Below, one piece after another: positions 1-10,012 of a stretch of DNA of 64,000 bases; the stretch's first letter is position 1, and each line of letters starts with the position of its first letter. Source of the DNA: Actinomycetes bacterium (GTDB lineage Bacteria; Actinomycetota; Thermoleophilia; BMS3ABIN01); contig JAJYXB010000022.1 in assembly GCA_021791195.1 (NCBI GenBank), forward strand, positions 80,245-144,244, in the 5' to 3' direction. The position numbers and the translations under genes were made by a program. The notes below the pieces were generated by a model that was given only the letters and a program-made list of their open reading frames with translations, did no database searches and was not told where the DNA came from.

Positions 1-3000
1 GGCTGGAGAAATCACAGGCCAAGGAGCGGCGCTTCCACCTGACGCTGCTGGCCCGGAACAATGCCGGCTATCACAACCTCATCCAGATCACTTCCCGGGG
101 CTTCCTGGAAGGCTATTACTACAAGCCGCGGATCGACCTCGATGTTCTGCGCGAGCACGCCGAAGGGATCATCTGCCTTACCGGCTGCCTCAACAGCCGC
201 GTCTGCCACCGGCTCTACAGCGGCGATTACGACGGCGCCGTGCAGGAAGTCCGGGATCTGCAGGAAATATTCGGCGACGAAAATGTCTACATCGAGATCC
301 AGGCGCACGGCCTGCCCGAACAGGAGAAAGTAAATCCGCTGCTGATCAGGCTGGCGGCGGATGTCGGCCGGCCGCTGGTGGCCACCAACGACGTCCATTA
401 CCTCCGGAAGGAAGACGCCGTCAGCCATGACGCCCTGCTCTGCATCCAGACCGGCAGCACGCTGCTGGATGCCGACCGGCTCAAGTTCCAGGGCGAGGAG
501 TTTTACCTCAAAAGCCGCGAGGAGATGGAGGCGGCGCTGCCGCAGGCGCCCGGGGCGATCGTGAGCACCGCCGAGATCGCCGCGCGCTGCAACGTGGAGA
601 TGGAATTTGGCAAGATCTATCTGCCCGTCTACCAATCGCCGGATGGTTTGACCGGCGATGACTATCTGCGGCAGCTGTGCGAGGAAGGATTTGGGCGGCG
701 TTTCGGGCAGCAGCCGGAAGCGGCCGCCGCCGCCCGCGAGCGGCTGGAAACCGAGCTGGCGACGATCAGCGAGATGGGCTTTGCTTCCTACTTCCTGATA
801 GTGTGGGATTTTGTCAAGTACGCCAGGGACAACGACATCGCCGTCGGCCCCGGCCGCGGTTCGGCGGCCGGCAGCATCGTCGCCTTCTGCCTCGGCATCA
901 CCGATGTCGACCCGCTGAAGTACGACCTGCTGTTCGAGCGCTTTCTCAATCCCAGCCGGCGCACGATGCCGGATATCGATATCGATTTCTCGCCGGAAGA
1001 CCGCGAGAAAGTGATCGCGTATGTGGCCGAGCGCTACGGCCGCCAGAACGTGGCCCAGATCATCACCTTCGGTTCCTTTGCCGCCCGCGGCGGCACGCGG
1101 GATGCCGGCCGCGTCCTGGGCGTGCCCTACGGTGCGGTTGACAGGGTCGCCAAACTGATACCCGAAGGGCCCGGCGTCACGTTCGCGGAATGTCTCCGGC
1201 CGGGCCAGGAGCTGCGTGATGCCTATGACGCGGAGGAGCAGACCAAGCAGATCGTCGACCTGGGGATGTTCCTGGAGGGGATGGTGCGCCACGACGGCAT
1301 CCATGCGGCGGCAGTGGTCATCTCCGACCGGCCGCTCACCAACCACCTGCCGCTGCAGCAGAAGGGACGCGACGCCGAGGTCGTCACCCAGTTCGCGATG
1401 GAAGACGTCGAGGCGCTTGGCCTGCTGAAGATGGATTTCCTCGGCCTGCGCAACCTCGATATTATCAAGGCGGCGGTGCGGCTGATCGCCGCCAACCACG
1501 ATGTCCGCATCGACCCCGGCGCTATCCCGCTCGATGACGCCCGGACCTATGAGATGCTCAGCCGCGGGCAGAGCGACGCGGTGTTCCAGTTCGAGAGCGC
1601 GGGGATGAAAGATTCGCTCCGGCTGGTGGCGCCGACGCGGTTCGAGGACCTGGTGGCCATCGTGGCGCTTTACCGGCCCGGGCCGATGGCGCAGATCCCC
1701 GAGTTCGCCCGCAACAAGAAGAATCCCGATTCGATCGTCTACGACGACCCGCGCCTGGAACCGATCCTGGAACCGACGTACGGCGTCGCCATCTATCAGG
1801 AACAGCTGATGGAGATCGCCAAGCAGATCGCCGGCTTCACGCCGGCCGAAGCCGATGACCTGCGCAAGGGCATCGCCAAGAAAAAGCACGAAGTGCTGGC
1901 GAAACTGAAGGACAAGTTCCTTGCCGGCTGCGGCGCCAATGACGTTAGCGGCCAGGTGGCCCGCAAGCTCTGGGGGAACATGGAGGCCGCCGGCGATTAT
2001 TCCTTCAACAAGTCGCACGCGGTCGGCTACGCGCTGATCGCTTACCAGACCGCCTATCTGAAGGCCAACTACCCGCGCGAATACATGGCGGCGACGATCT
2101 CCAGCGTCATGACCACCAAGGACAAGGTGCCCTTCTATGTCAACGCATGTGCGGCGATGGGCATCGAGGTGCTGCCGCCGGATGTCAATGAGAGCGGAAG
2201 TGACTTCACCGTTGTTGATGACAGGATACGTTTTGGTTTGACCGCGGTAAAGAATGTTGGTTCAACGGTGATCGCGGCGATCGTCGCGGCCCGCGAGCAG
2301 GGCGGTCCCTTCAGCTCGATATATGATTTCTGCCGCCGGGTCGATTCCCGGCCCCTGAATAAAAAAGCCCTGGAAAGCCTGATAAAATGCGGCGCCCTGG
2401 ATTCCACCGGCGCCAGCCGCCAGGGCATGCTCAAGGTGATGGGGCAGGCGCTGTCGATGGGGGCGCAGAGCCAGCAGGACAGCGCCCACGGGCAGGCTTC
2501 GATCTTTGACATCGGCGGGGAAGAGAGCTCGCACGAGGCTGCCGATCCGGCGATATCCGCCGATGAATTCGAGCCGGAGATCCTGATGCGGCTGGAGAAG
2601 GAGACTCTCGGGCTGTATGTTTCCAGCCACCCCCTGAGGGACCTGCAGCCCCAGCTGGAAGCCGTCGCGGCGCAGTCGACGGCGGCGCTGAAGGAGGCGC
2701 GTGACCGCGCCAGCGTCACCATCGGCGGCCTGGTAACCACCGTGAAGCGGCTGACCACCAAGAAAGGCGATGTGATGGCGTTTGTCACGGTGGAGGACCT
2801 GGAAGGCAGCGTCGAAGTGGTTGTTTTCAGCGACCTGTTTTCCCGCTGCCGCGAGCTGCTGGTCGAGGACCGCGTGGTGGTCATCCGCGGCAAAGTCGAT
2901 CACAAGGATGAAGGGGACGTGAAGATCGTCGCGGCTGACATCGAGGAGCTGCGGGCGGCGCCGCCGTCTGGCGGCGGCGGGAGCGGCGATGCGGCGCCGG

Positions 3001-3245
3001 ACGGCCGGACCCAGCTGACTCTGCGGCTCGAACTTGCTAATATCAAGCCTGAGCTGCTGGTCAATATGAAGGATATCTGCCGCAGCAATCCCGGCGGCGT
3101 GCCGGTCATCCTGAGCATGCGCACCGACGATGGCGTGCGGAAACTCCAGCTGGGACAGGAATTCAGGGTCGAACCCGGCAGCGATTTCATCAAGGGCATG
3201 AAAAGCCTGCTGGGCGCCGACGGGGTTCAGCTAAGCGACGCCTAG
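1..3245 (+). CDS. dnaE: DNA polymerase III alpha subunit, C-terminal ~1080 aa (N-terminus lies upstream of the window)
   Basis: Frame 3 is open from nt 3; PHP domain motifs (GYYYKPRIDLDVL, HYLRKEDAVSHDALLCIQTG), polymerase core, OB-fold tail; stop at 3245. Confidence 0.95.
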   Translation, partial: LEKSQAKERRFHLTLLARNNAGYHNLIQITSRGFLEGYYYKPRIDLDVLREHAEGIICLTGCLNSRVCHRLYSGDYDGAVQEVRDLQEIFGDENVYIEIQAHGLPEQEKVNPLLIRLAADVGRPLVATNDVHYLRKEDAVSHDALLCIQTGSTLLDADRLKFQGEEFYLKSREEMEAALPQAPGAIVSTAEIAARCNVEMEFGKIYLPVYQSPDGLTGDDYLRQLCEEGFGRRFGQQPEAAAAARERLETELATISEMGFASYFLIVWDFVKYARDNDIAVGPGRGSAAGSIVAFCLGITDVDPLKYDLLFERFLNPSRRTMPDIDIDFSPEDREKVIAYVAERYGRQNVAQIITFGSFAARGGTRDAGRVLGVPYGAVDRVAKLIPEGPGVTFAECLRPGQELRDAYDAEEQTKQIVDLGMFLEGMVRHDGIHAAAVVISDRPLTNHLPLQQKGRDAEVVTQFAMEDVEALGLLKMDFLGLRNLDIIKAAVRLIAANHDVRIDPGAIPLDDARTYEMLSRGQSDAVFQFESAGMKDSLRLVAPTRFEDLVAIVALYRPGPMAQIPEFARNKKNPDSIVYDDPRLEPILEPTYGVAIYQEQLMEIAKQIAGFTPAEADDLRKGIAKKKHEVLAKLKDKFLAGCGANDVSGQVARKLWGNMEAAGDYSFNKSHAVGYALIAYQTAYLKANYPREYMAATISSVMTTKDKVPFYVNACAAMGIEVLPPDVNESGSDFTVVDDRIRFGLTAVKNVGSTVIAAIVAAREQGGPFSSIYDFCRRVDSRPLNKKALESLIKCGALDSTGASRQGMLKVMGQALSMGAQSQQDSAHGQASIFDIGGEESSHEAADPAISADEFEPEILMRLEKETLGLYVSSHPLRDLQPQLEAVAAQSTAALKEARDRASVTIGGLVTTVKRLTTKKGDVMAFVTVEDLEGSVEVVVFSDLFSRCRELLVEDRVVVIRGKVDHKDEGDVKIVAADIEELRAAPPSGGGGSGDAAPDGRTQLTLRLELANIKPELLVNMKDICRSNPGGVPVILSMRTDDGVRKLQLGQEFRVEPGSDFIKGMKSLLGADGVQLSDA

Positions 3246-3300
3246 GGCATATATTGGGCAGGAAGCCGGGGCGCGCTCGCCGCCGGCACTGGAAAACGCC

Positions 3301-3732
3301 ATGCAGGATATGATAGCTTCCCTTCTTACGGAAGAGCCCGACCGGGGAGAGACTTTGCCCACAGCCCAAGAAGCATTGAACGAACTCCTGGAGATGTCAG
3401 CCAGCATCCGCCAGGCCGTGCTGGTGCGCGGTGAGGACGAGGTGCTGGCCAGCACATTCGCCGCCAGGGAGGCGGAGGGCACGATGGTCAGGATTGCCCG
3501 CGAGATGCTGGACGCCGCGCGGTCGGAATCCGGGGCGATGGGACGCACGGGGCTCAGCCAGCTGTTCGTGGATACCGCCTCGGGCTGCGTTTTTATCGTG
3601 GCGGGAGACAGGGACACGTGGCTGGCTGCCACAACCGGGGCCGAGCCTACCGTGGGCCTGGTGCTCTATGATGTCAACACGGCGCTCCGGACCGCCCTCG
3701 AGGGCGAGGCCGGCGGCGAATACTCCAAATAG
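3301..3732 (+). CDS. Roadblock/LC7 (MglB-like) domain protein, hypothetical
   Basis: 143-aa ORF, ~100-aa Roadblock-like core (VLVRGEDEVLAS...CVFIVAGDRD); start may be internal at MSASIRQ. Confidence 0.4.
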   Translation: MQDMIASLLTEEPDRGETLPTAQEALNELLEMSASIRQAVLVRGEDEVLASTFAAREAEGTMVRIAREMLDAARSESGAMGRTGLSQLFVDTASGCVFIVAGDRDTWLAATTGAEPTVGLVLYDVNTALRTALEGEAGGEYSK

Positions 3733-3740
3733 GAGCGAGC

Positions 3741-3950
3741 ATGGCCAGAGGAAGATTCTTCTTTACCAGTTTTCTGCTTTCGGCGGCGTCGGCTCTGGGC
3801 ATCACCTATCTGCTTGGAAAAGTGCGCCGGCAGCCACGGGTGGAGCTCTACTACGATGACGGATCGATGCTGGCGATCAGCAACAAGAGTTCCGAGCTGT
3901 CAGTCCGGCTTACCTCCCTGGCGGACGAGCTGCTGAAACAGGCGCTCTAG
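3741..3950 (+). CDS. small membrane-anchored hypothetical protein
   Basis: 69 aa, N-terminal hydrophobic helix, directly follows the previous ORF. Confidence 0.3.
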   Translation: MARGRFFFTSFLLSAASALGITYLLGKVRRQPRVELYYDDGSMLAISNKSSELSVRLTSLADELLKQAL

Positions 3951-6184
3951 GAGCCGGGCCGCAGGCTCCGCCGCTGGCCGCTTTTCGCCTGCAGCTTTTC
4001 CAGGACGGCCCGGCGCAGCTCGGCCATCCCGGCCGCCGGGGCCGGATCGCCGGCCGGTGAATCCGCTGCTCCATCTTTCCTGCGCCGGTAACGAATCTCT
4101 TCCACCTGCCGCGACATCAGGGAGAACTCCTCCGCACTCAGCCAGTATGAAACCCGGGCGGAGAATCCCCTGATAGTCTCTTCCTCATGCCGCCTCATGC
4201 CATGCTCGTCGAGCGCGGCCACCAGGGCCAGATAATCCTTCAGCAGCGGCTCGCGCAGGAAGTCGGGGCCCAGCATGGCGGCCAGCAGTCTGCGCCGCCG
4301 CCGCCGGCGCACCGCCAGCCGGCCCAGCCGCCAGGCGGCCATGGCCGCCAGCAGGATCGCCAGACCCGCCACCACCAGCAACACCACCGGCAGCGGCCGG
4401 GAAAGATTCGCCGCCGCCGCCAGGCCGCCCGTCATGCCGCCCAGCATCGTTCCCACGGGTCCGCTGGCCAGTGCCCCGCCGATATAGGAGAAGATGCGCG
4501 CCACCGGCCAGCTGCTTTCTCCGGCGGCCGCAGCCGGACCGTCATAGCCGGGCGTGGGATCGAAGGGGACCCAGCCGGCGGTGCCAAAATAGATCTCGAC
4601 CCAGGCGTGAGCATCGCTTTCCCTGATCTCCCAGAGTCCGGTGAACGGGTTGTAGCTGCCGCCGGCGTAACCCGTGACCACCCGTGCCGGGATGCCGATG
4701 CTCCGGGCCATCACCGCCATGGCGGAGGCAAAATGCTCGCAGTAGCCGGCGCGCTGCTCGAACAGGAAATATGCCACCGCGTCCATGCCTCTGGTTTGCG
4801 GCGGCACATTCAGATCATAGGGATAATTGTCTTTCAGGTAGAGTTCGATGGCGAGCGCCTGATCGTAACGATTCTGGTAGTTCCGGGTCACCTGGCGCGC
4901 GAGGGCCTGGACCCGTTGCAGATCGGGGTCATCCGGCAGCCGGGTGTACTCGGCTGCGGGCTGCGGGTCGGCCGGGCGGGGGTAGTGGCGCAGCAGGACC
5001 GGATCGTACACCGGGGCCTCTGTCATCACCGAATAAACCGTATCGCTGGTGAGCGGAAAGGGGCTCCTGAGGCTGCCGTAGCTGTCGATCTTGATGCGGC
5101 TGGCGGGAAAATAGAGCGATACCGGCTTCCAGCTGGAGAAGATGATGTTGGGCAGATCGGATTCGATGTAAAAAGTCTCCAGCCTGCTGTTGACGTTAAG
5201 GCCGCTGGCGGCGTGTGTCTTCAGGTCCAGCGGCGGCGTATCGGTGCTCACGTCGGTCGTCTGGTCGGAGCTGATCTCCCAGCCTTTGCCGTTATAGCGG
5301 TCGAAGACGACGCCGCGGTAATAATCGGAGGTGTCGGAGCGGACCTTCATGACGATGTTGTCGCTCAGCTGGCCGCGGGCGCGCAGATCCATGTACTGGT
5401 TGAAGCCGTAGTAGGAGTTGGCATCGAACTGCGGCGGTCCCGAAAACGGACTCCCCTTGGAATATGATGGATTGTCAATCCTGCTCGTGAAATCGCCCGC
5501 GATCTGCCTGAAGCTGGACAGTGGCAGCGAATGCAGGCGCGCCTGCGTCGACTGCGGCAGCAGCAGCAGCACCGGTATGGCCACACACAGGCTCACGAAC
5601 CAGACGAGGGCGCCATAAACGAGCATCGTGACCGGCCGCGCCGGCTGCGCCGCGCTGACGTCCGCCTCCGCCTCGGATGCGTGCATGAACACCAGCGACA
5701 CCGCCGCGGCCAGGCTGAAGAGGATGAAACCGGCGGCGTACATCATGCCGGTGGACAGCACAGCGCCGGCGGCGATTAGGACCAGGCCGCTTCCCAGCGA
5801 GAACTTGAGGTCCTTGCGCGCGGGCAGGTCGAATGAATGCAGCACCTGCAGCCACAGCAGCAGTTTGATCAGCGGCAGGCGCGTGTCATACAGGCTGGCC
5901 GCCAGATCATGGAAGAACATCACCGCGGCGATGATGACCAGGAAGGAAAGGATCGCCTTCGCCGGCAGGTTCCTCTGTGCGCGCATGCGCCAGCTGAAAG
6001 CAAAACCCGCCGCGGTCAGCGCCGGCACGGCCAGCACTGTCAGCGGGCTGTAATAGCCCATCGCCAGCACGGTGATCTCGGCTGTGAAGATGCTGGCCAG
6101 CACGCTCAGCCGCAGCGGCAGGCTGTTCTCCGGCGGCCGCTTGGGATTCAGGCGGCTGAACCAGTCTAAAAGTCTGCCAGGCAT
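3947..6184 (-). CDS. transglutaminase-like membrane protein (TgpA-like: DUF3488 TM region, TGase core, DUF4129)
   Basis: YCEHFASAMAVMARSIGIPARVVTGY transglutaminase core; multi-TM N-terminus; likely start is the ATG at 6184 (MPGRLLDW), which overlaps the DUF58 gene end by 19 nt. The ORF track extends to 6430. Confidence 0.85.
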   Translation of the reverse strand: MPGRLLDWFSRLNPKRPPENSLPLRLSVLASIFTAEITVLAMGYYSPLTVLAVPALTAAGFAFSWRMRAQRNLPAKAILSFLVIIAAVMFFHDLAASLYDTRLPLIKLLLWLQVLHSFDLPARKDLKFSLGSGLVLIAAGAVLSTGMMYAAGFILFSLAAAVSLVFMHASEAEADVSAAQPARPVTMLVYGALVWFVSLCVAIPVLLLLPQSTQARLHSLPLSSFRQIAGDFTSRIDNPSYSKGSPFSGPPQFDANSYYGFNQYMDLRARGQLSDNIVMKVRSDTSDYYRGVVFDRYNGKGWEISSDQTTDVSTDTPPLDLKTHAASGLNVNSRLETFYIESDLPNIIFSSWKPVSLYFPASRIKIDSYGSLRSPFPLTSDTVYSVMTEAPVYDPVLLRHYPRPADPQPAAEYTRLPDDPDLQRVQALARQVTRNYQNRYDQALAIELYLKDNYPYDLNVPPQTRGMDAVAYFLFEQRAGYCEHFASAMAVMARSIGIPARVVTGYAGGSYNPFTGLWEIRESDAHAWVEIYFGTAGWVPFDPTPGYDGPAAAAGESSWPVARIFSYIGGALASGPVGTMLGGMTGGLAAAANLSRPLPVVLLVVAGLAILLAAMAAWRLGRLAVRRRRRRRLLAAMLGPDFLREPLLKDYLALVAALDEHGMRRHEEETIRGFSARVSYWLSAEEFSLMSRQVEEIRYRRRKDGAADSPAGDPAPAAGMAELRRAVLEKLQAKSGQRRSLRPGS

Positions 6185-7362
6185 GCAAGCGCCTCTTCTT
6201 CCGAGCCGGCCAGAAGCATGTCGCCGCCGCCGGCGCCGATGGCCAGCGCCAGCCGGTCGAGCTCGCGGCTGTCGAGGAAATGGGTATGTGCCAGCGGATC
6301 GTGTGTGAAGCGGCGTCCGTCCAGCATGATGACGATCGCCTGCGGATGCGCCGCCAGAAACTCGCTCTCGTGCAAGCGCGCGTATGCGCGGGAGCTGGGA
6401 AGAATTAGCACCGGCGTCGTCTCCGGCCACGGCAGCCCTTCGCCCGAGAGGTCGAGGGAAACCTCAGCGTCCGGCCGCACCCCTGCCAGCCAGAGCATCG
6501 CCGGCCCGGGTTCGTGGCCCAGTCCGGCTTCAGCCGCACCACGCGGCGAGGCGCCGATGGCGAAGCGGCGGCTGCCGGCAGCTTCGCGCTGGACCAGGGA
6601 TGCGGCCAGCGATACCGCCGTCTCGAAGGAAGTGGTGTCGAACCCGCCGGGACCGCCGAATCGGTCCAGGATGAAAACCGGGCTGGTGGCTGTCTGCCGG
6701 GCGAACTCGATCACCGCCAGCTTGCCGATCCGGGCGGAGGTCGGCCAGTGAATCGAGCGCGGGCTGTCCTCCGGGCGGTAATCGCGGACACCGAGGTAAT
6801 CGCTGGCGGCGGAACGCGAAGGGGTCGTGCTGGCGGCCATGCTGCCTGAATTCCGCTGGCCGGCAGTCCAGTCTCCCGCCAGTCTGTGCCAGCGGGGATA
6901 GACTACCAGCGGGCAGTCGGTGTCGTATGAATGCCTGCCGCGCGCCAGTCCCGCGGGGGCGCTGCTGGAGACGATCACGCTTCCTCCGGGATAGACTCCG
7001 CGCCTGAGGCCGGTGAATTCCAGCTCCAGCCGGCATGACTGCCGCGGTCCCAGAAAGGGGATAAGCGCGGAGGCGGCGCCGCCGCCAAGGAAAAGGTCCA
7101 GGCGGAGGAAGAAGCGCGGCAACCGGTGTGGATTGGTGATCACGACGCGGGAGGCAAGCGTATCTTCCCGCAGGGCATGGCCGGCGCAGGACTGCGCGAG
7201 CTGAAGACGCCGGCAGTTGAGCCGGCTGAGCAGCAGCGCCATCAGGGGCATCGCCAGCAATGTTGCCGTGACCACATAAAGCCAGCCGGAGCCGACATTG
7301 AGCGCGATGATGTAAAGGGCGCCGGCGGCGGCGAGCCAGAAAAATGTCTTGCGGGTGGGCAT
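6166..7362 (-). CDS. DUF58 (vWA-like) protein of the MoxR operon
   Basis: DYLGVRDYRPEDSPRSIHWPTSARIGKLAVIEFARQ signature; N-terminal TM segment; sits between MoxR and TgpA. Confidence 0.8.
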   Translation of the reverse strand: MPTRKTFFWLAAAGALYIIALNVGSGWLYVVTATLLAMPLMALLLSRLNCRRLQLAQSCAGHALREDTLASRVVITNPHRLPRFFLRLDLFLGGGAASALIPFLGPRQSCRLELEFTGLRRGVYPGGSVIVSSSAPAGLARGRHSYDTDCPLVVYPRWHRLAGDWTAGQRNSGSMAASTTPSRSAASDYLGVRDYRPEDSPRSIHWPTSARIGKLAVIEFARQTATSPVFILDRFGGPGGFDTTSFETAVSLAASLVQREAAGSRRFAIGASPRGAAEAGLGHEPGPAMLWLAGVRPDAEVSLDLSGEGLPWPETTPVLILPSSRAYARLHESEFLAAHPQAIVIMLDGRRFTHDPLAHTHFLDSRELDRLALAIGAGGGDMLLAGSEEEALACLADF

Positions 7363-7394
7363 GGGCGCCTGCCGGGCCGGCCGGGGCCGGTGCG

Positions 7395-8417
7395 CTAGAC
7401 CGGCACCCGCCGCGAGGCGACGATGCCGGACACCAGCTCCGCCGCCGCCTCACCCCGGAGCGCGGTTCTGTGTTTGAGGACGAGACGGTGCGCCAGCACC
7501 GGCACCGCGGCCCGCTGCACATCGTCCGGGATGACATAATCGCGGCCGTCGGCCAGGGCCAGACCCTGGCAGGTGCGCACCAGCGCCACCGAAGCCCGCG
7601 GAGACGCGCCCTGCAGCACTTCGGCATGGCTGCGGGTCGCGGCGACCACGTCCAGCGCATAGCCGAGCACGTTCTCCGCCACGTCCACGCGGCGCACGGC
7701 CGCCTGCAGCAGCGCTATCTGGCGGGCGTCGACTACCGGTTCGAGGCTGTCGAGCGGGTGCGCCAGCAACTGATCCCGGACCAGGCGCCGCTCGCTGACC
7801 CGGTCGGGCAGGCCGACGTTGAGCGAGATCAGGAAACGGTCGGTCTGTCCCTCGGGCAGCGGGAAGGTCCCGTGCACTTCATACGGGTTCTGCGTGGCGA
7901 TGACGAAGAAGGGCACCGGCAGCGGATGGCTGGTGCGGTCGACGGTCACCTGGTTCTCGCCCATGGCCTCCAGCAGCGCCGACTGCGTCCTGGGGCTGGT
8001 GCGGTTGATCTCATCGGCGAGGACGATGTTGGCAAACAGCGGCCCCGGTGACCAGTAGAATCTCTCTTCCTTGGGGGAATAGATGTTGCTGCCGGTGATG
8101 TCGGAGGGCAGCAGGTCGGGAGTGAACTGGATGCGCGCATAGCTGGCGCTGATTGACCTGGCGATGCTTTTTGCCAGAGTGGTCTTGCCGACGCCGGGGA
8201 TGTCTTCCAGCAGCACGTGGCCGCGGCTGATGAGCGCCACCAGGACCAGGCTGATGACGTCATCCTTGCCCGCGATCACCAGTCCGATATTCCGCTTCAG
8301 CCGCGCGAATAATCCGGGCAGCTCCGCCGCGGCATGCGGATCGCTCAATGTCCCGGCCCGGGCATCCGCGTCCAGGCCGCGCACGAGCTTGGAAACCTGT
8401 CTGTTATCCTTCATCAT
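7395..8417 (-). CDS. moxR: MoxR-family AAA+ ATPase
   Basis: Walker A GVGKTTLAKSIARS; MoxR-like length and gene context. Confidence 0.9.
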   Translation of the reverse strand: MMKDNRQVSKLVRGLDADARAGTLSDPHAAAELPGLFARLKRNIGLVIAGKDDVISLVLVALISRGHVLLEDIPGVGKTTLAKSIARSISASYARIQFTPDLLPSDITGSNIYSPKEERFYWSPGPLFANIVLADEINRTSPRTQSALLEAMGENQVTVDRTSHPLPVPFFVIATQNPYEVHGTFPLPEGQTDRFLISLNVGLPDRVSERRLVRDQLLAHPLDSLEPVVDARQIALLQAAVRRVDVAENVLGYALDVVAATRSHAEVLQGASPRASVALVRTCQGLALADGRDYVIPDDVQRAAVPVLAHRLVLKHRTALRGEAAAELVSGIVASRRVPV

Positions 8418-8554
8418 TTTGCCCCAAAGGTAGGGATGGTGGCGGGCCTGATCCTGCCGCCCGCATTTGCCGCCGCCGGGATAGCACTCTTTAATCTCTA
8501 TCGACCCCGGGCGGCGGGATTTTTAGCGCTCCGGGACGGGCGGATATTCGGCTC

Positions 8555-10012
8555 TTGCCTTCCGCGTGTTATAAGATGAGCGCTTGCGGTAAGAATATGC
8601 TGATCAAGCATCGCGGAGGACCTTTGCTGCTGGACGAACGCCTGATCGAGAAGGCTATCGGCACCGCCCTGGAAAAGGGCGGTGAGTTCGCCGATCTCTA
8701 CGCCGAGCGCGGCTACACGACCTCCCTCAGTCTCGAGGACGACAAGCTGGAGAAGATCTCGCGCGGTATCGACGCGGGCGCCTCCATCAGGGTGGTCCGG
8801 GGCAACAGCATCTCTTTTGTCTCCACCGACCGGGTCGATGAAAAATCGCTGCTGGCCGCGGCGCGGCTGGCCGGCGAGGGAGTGCTCGGCGGCGGCGGCT
8901 CGGCGCGGGCGCTTCATGGCGTCACGGCCGGCTCGGTCCACCGGATAGAGATCGCGCCTGAGTCCGTGAGTGCTTCGGAGAAGGCGCAACTGCTCCGGGA
9001 TGCCAACGCCGCTGCCCGGGCGATGGGCTCGGAGGTCGTGCAGGTGTCGGTCGGTTTCAGCGATGAGGTCAGCGAGATCCAGATGGCGAACTCGGATGGG
9101 GAGCTGGCCCGGGAGGAGCGCGCGCGGGTGCGGCTGATCGCGCGGGTAGTCGCTGCCCGGGGCGGCGTGGTGCAAACCGGCTACGACAGCATCGGCGCCC
9201 ACCGGGGCATGGAGCTGTTCAGCGCCGGCGCCGCGCAGCAGGTCGGTGAGACCGCGGCCTCCAAGGCGATCGTCATGCTGGATTCGCGGCCGTCGCCCAG
9301 CGGCAAGATGACCGTCGTCATGCACCGCGGCTTTGGCGGCGTCCTCTTCCATGAAGCCTGCGGCCACGGCCTGGAGGCTGACGCGGTCGAGAAGGGGGCC
9401 AGCGTCTTTGCCGGACGCGTCGGCGAGCGGGTTGCCTCCGAGCTGGTGACGCTGGTGGATGATGGCAGCATCCCCAACGAATGGGGCTCCAACGCTTTTG
9501 ACGACGAGGGCGTGCCCACCAGGCGCAACATCCTGATCGAAAAAGGCATCCTCAAGGGATTTTTATACGACCGGCTGCGGGCGCGCAACGCCGGCGTGGC
9601 GCCGACCGGCAACGGCCGCCGGCAATCGTTCCGGCACCCGCCGATCCCGCGCATGACCAATACTTTCATCCTCGCCGGCGATTCGACGCCGGAGCAGATC
9701 ATCGCCGCCACCGAACGCGGTTTCTACGCCAAGACGCTCTCCGGAGGGCAGGTGGAGCCGGCCACCGGCGATTTTGTGTTCGGGGTCTCGGAAGGCTACC
9801 TGATCGAGAACGGCCGGGTGAGCTACCCGCTGCGCGGAGCGACCCTGATCGGCAACGGGTTCACGGCGCTGAGGAACGTGGACATGGTGGCGGGCGATTT
9901 CGAGATGAACATCGGCGTCTGCGGCAAGGATGGCCAGGGAGTGCCGGTGGGCAGCGGCCAGGGCACCCTCCGGATCCTGGATCTGACCGTGGGCGGGACG
10001 GAGGTCGCATGA
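8555..10012 (+). CDS. tldD: metalloprotease TldD
   Basis: HEACGHGLEAD motif; TldD/PmbA fold; 4-nt overlap with the following paralog. Start may be the ATG at 8597. Confidence 0.9.
   Translation: MPSACYKMSACGKNMLIKHRGGPLLLDERLIEKAIGTALEKGGEFADLYAERGYTTSLSLEDDKLEKISRGIDAGASIRVVRGNSISFVSTDRVDEKSLLAAARLAGEGVLGGGGSARALHGVTAGSVHRIEIAPESVSASEKAQLLRDANAAARAMGSEVVQVSVGFSDEVSEIQMANSDGELAREERARVRLIARVVAARGGVVQTGYDSIGAHRGMELFSAGAAQQVGETAASKAIVMLDSRPSPSGKMTVVMHRGFGGVLFHEACGHGLEADAVEKGASVFAGRVGERVASELVTLVDDGSIPNEWGSNAFDDEGVPTRRNILIEKGILKGFLYDRLRARNAGVAPTGNGRRQSFRHPPIPRMTNTFILAGDSTPEQIIAATERGFYAKTLSGGQVEPATGDFVFGVSEGYLIENGRVSYPLRGATLIGNGFTALRNVDMVAGDFEMNIGVCGKDGQGVPVGSGQGTLRILDLTVGGTEVA

Noticed and set aside
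12-2018. 668-aa minus-strand ORF across the dnaE region
   Set aside because: Antisense shadow ORF typical of 70% GC DNA. The plus-strand product is an unambiguous DnaE; the shadow ORF is low complexity (R/G/A-rich).
4187-5467. 426-aa plus-strand ORF inside the transglutaminase gene
   Set aside because: Antisense to a well-supported TgpA-like gene; no recognisable domain; Arg/Gly/His-rich.
6530-7660. 376-aa minus-strand ORF overlapping the DUF58 and MoxR genes in another frame
   Set aside because: Out-of-frame overlap with two convincing genes; Arg/Pro-rich composition.
8440-8550. Long-loop hairpin followed by ATTTTTA upstream of tldD, considered as a terminator
   Set aside because: Its orientation is plus strand but no plus-strand gene ends upstream; stem is imperfect, so ambiguous. 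May be a leader structure.
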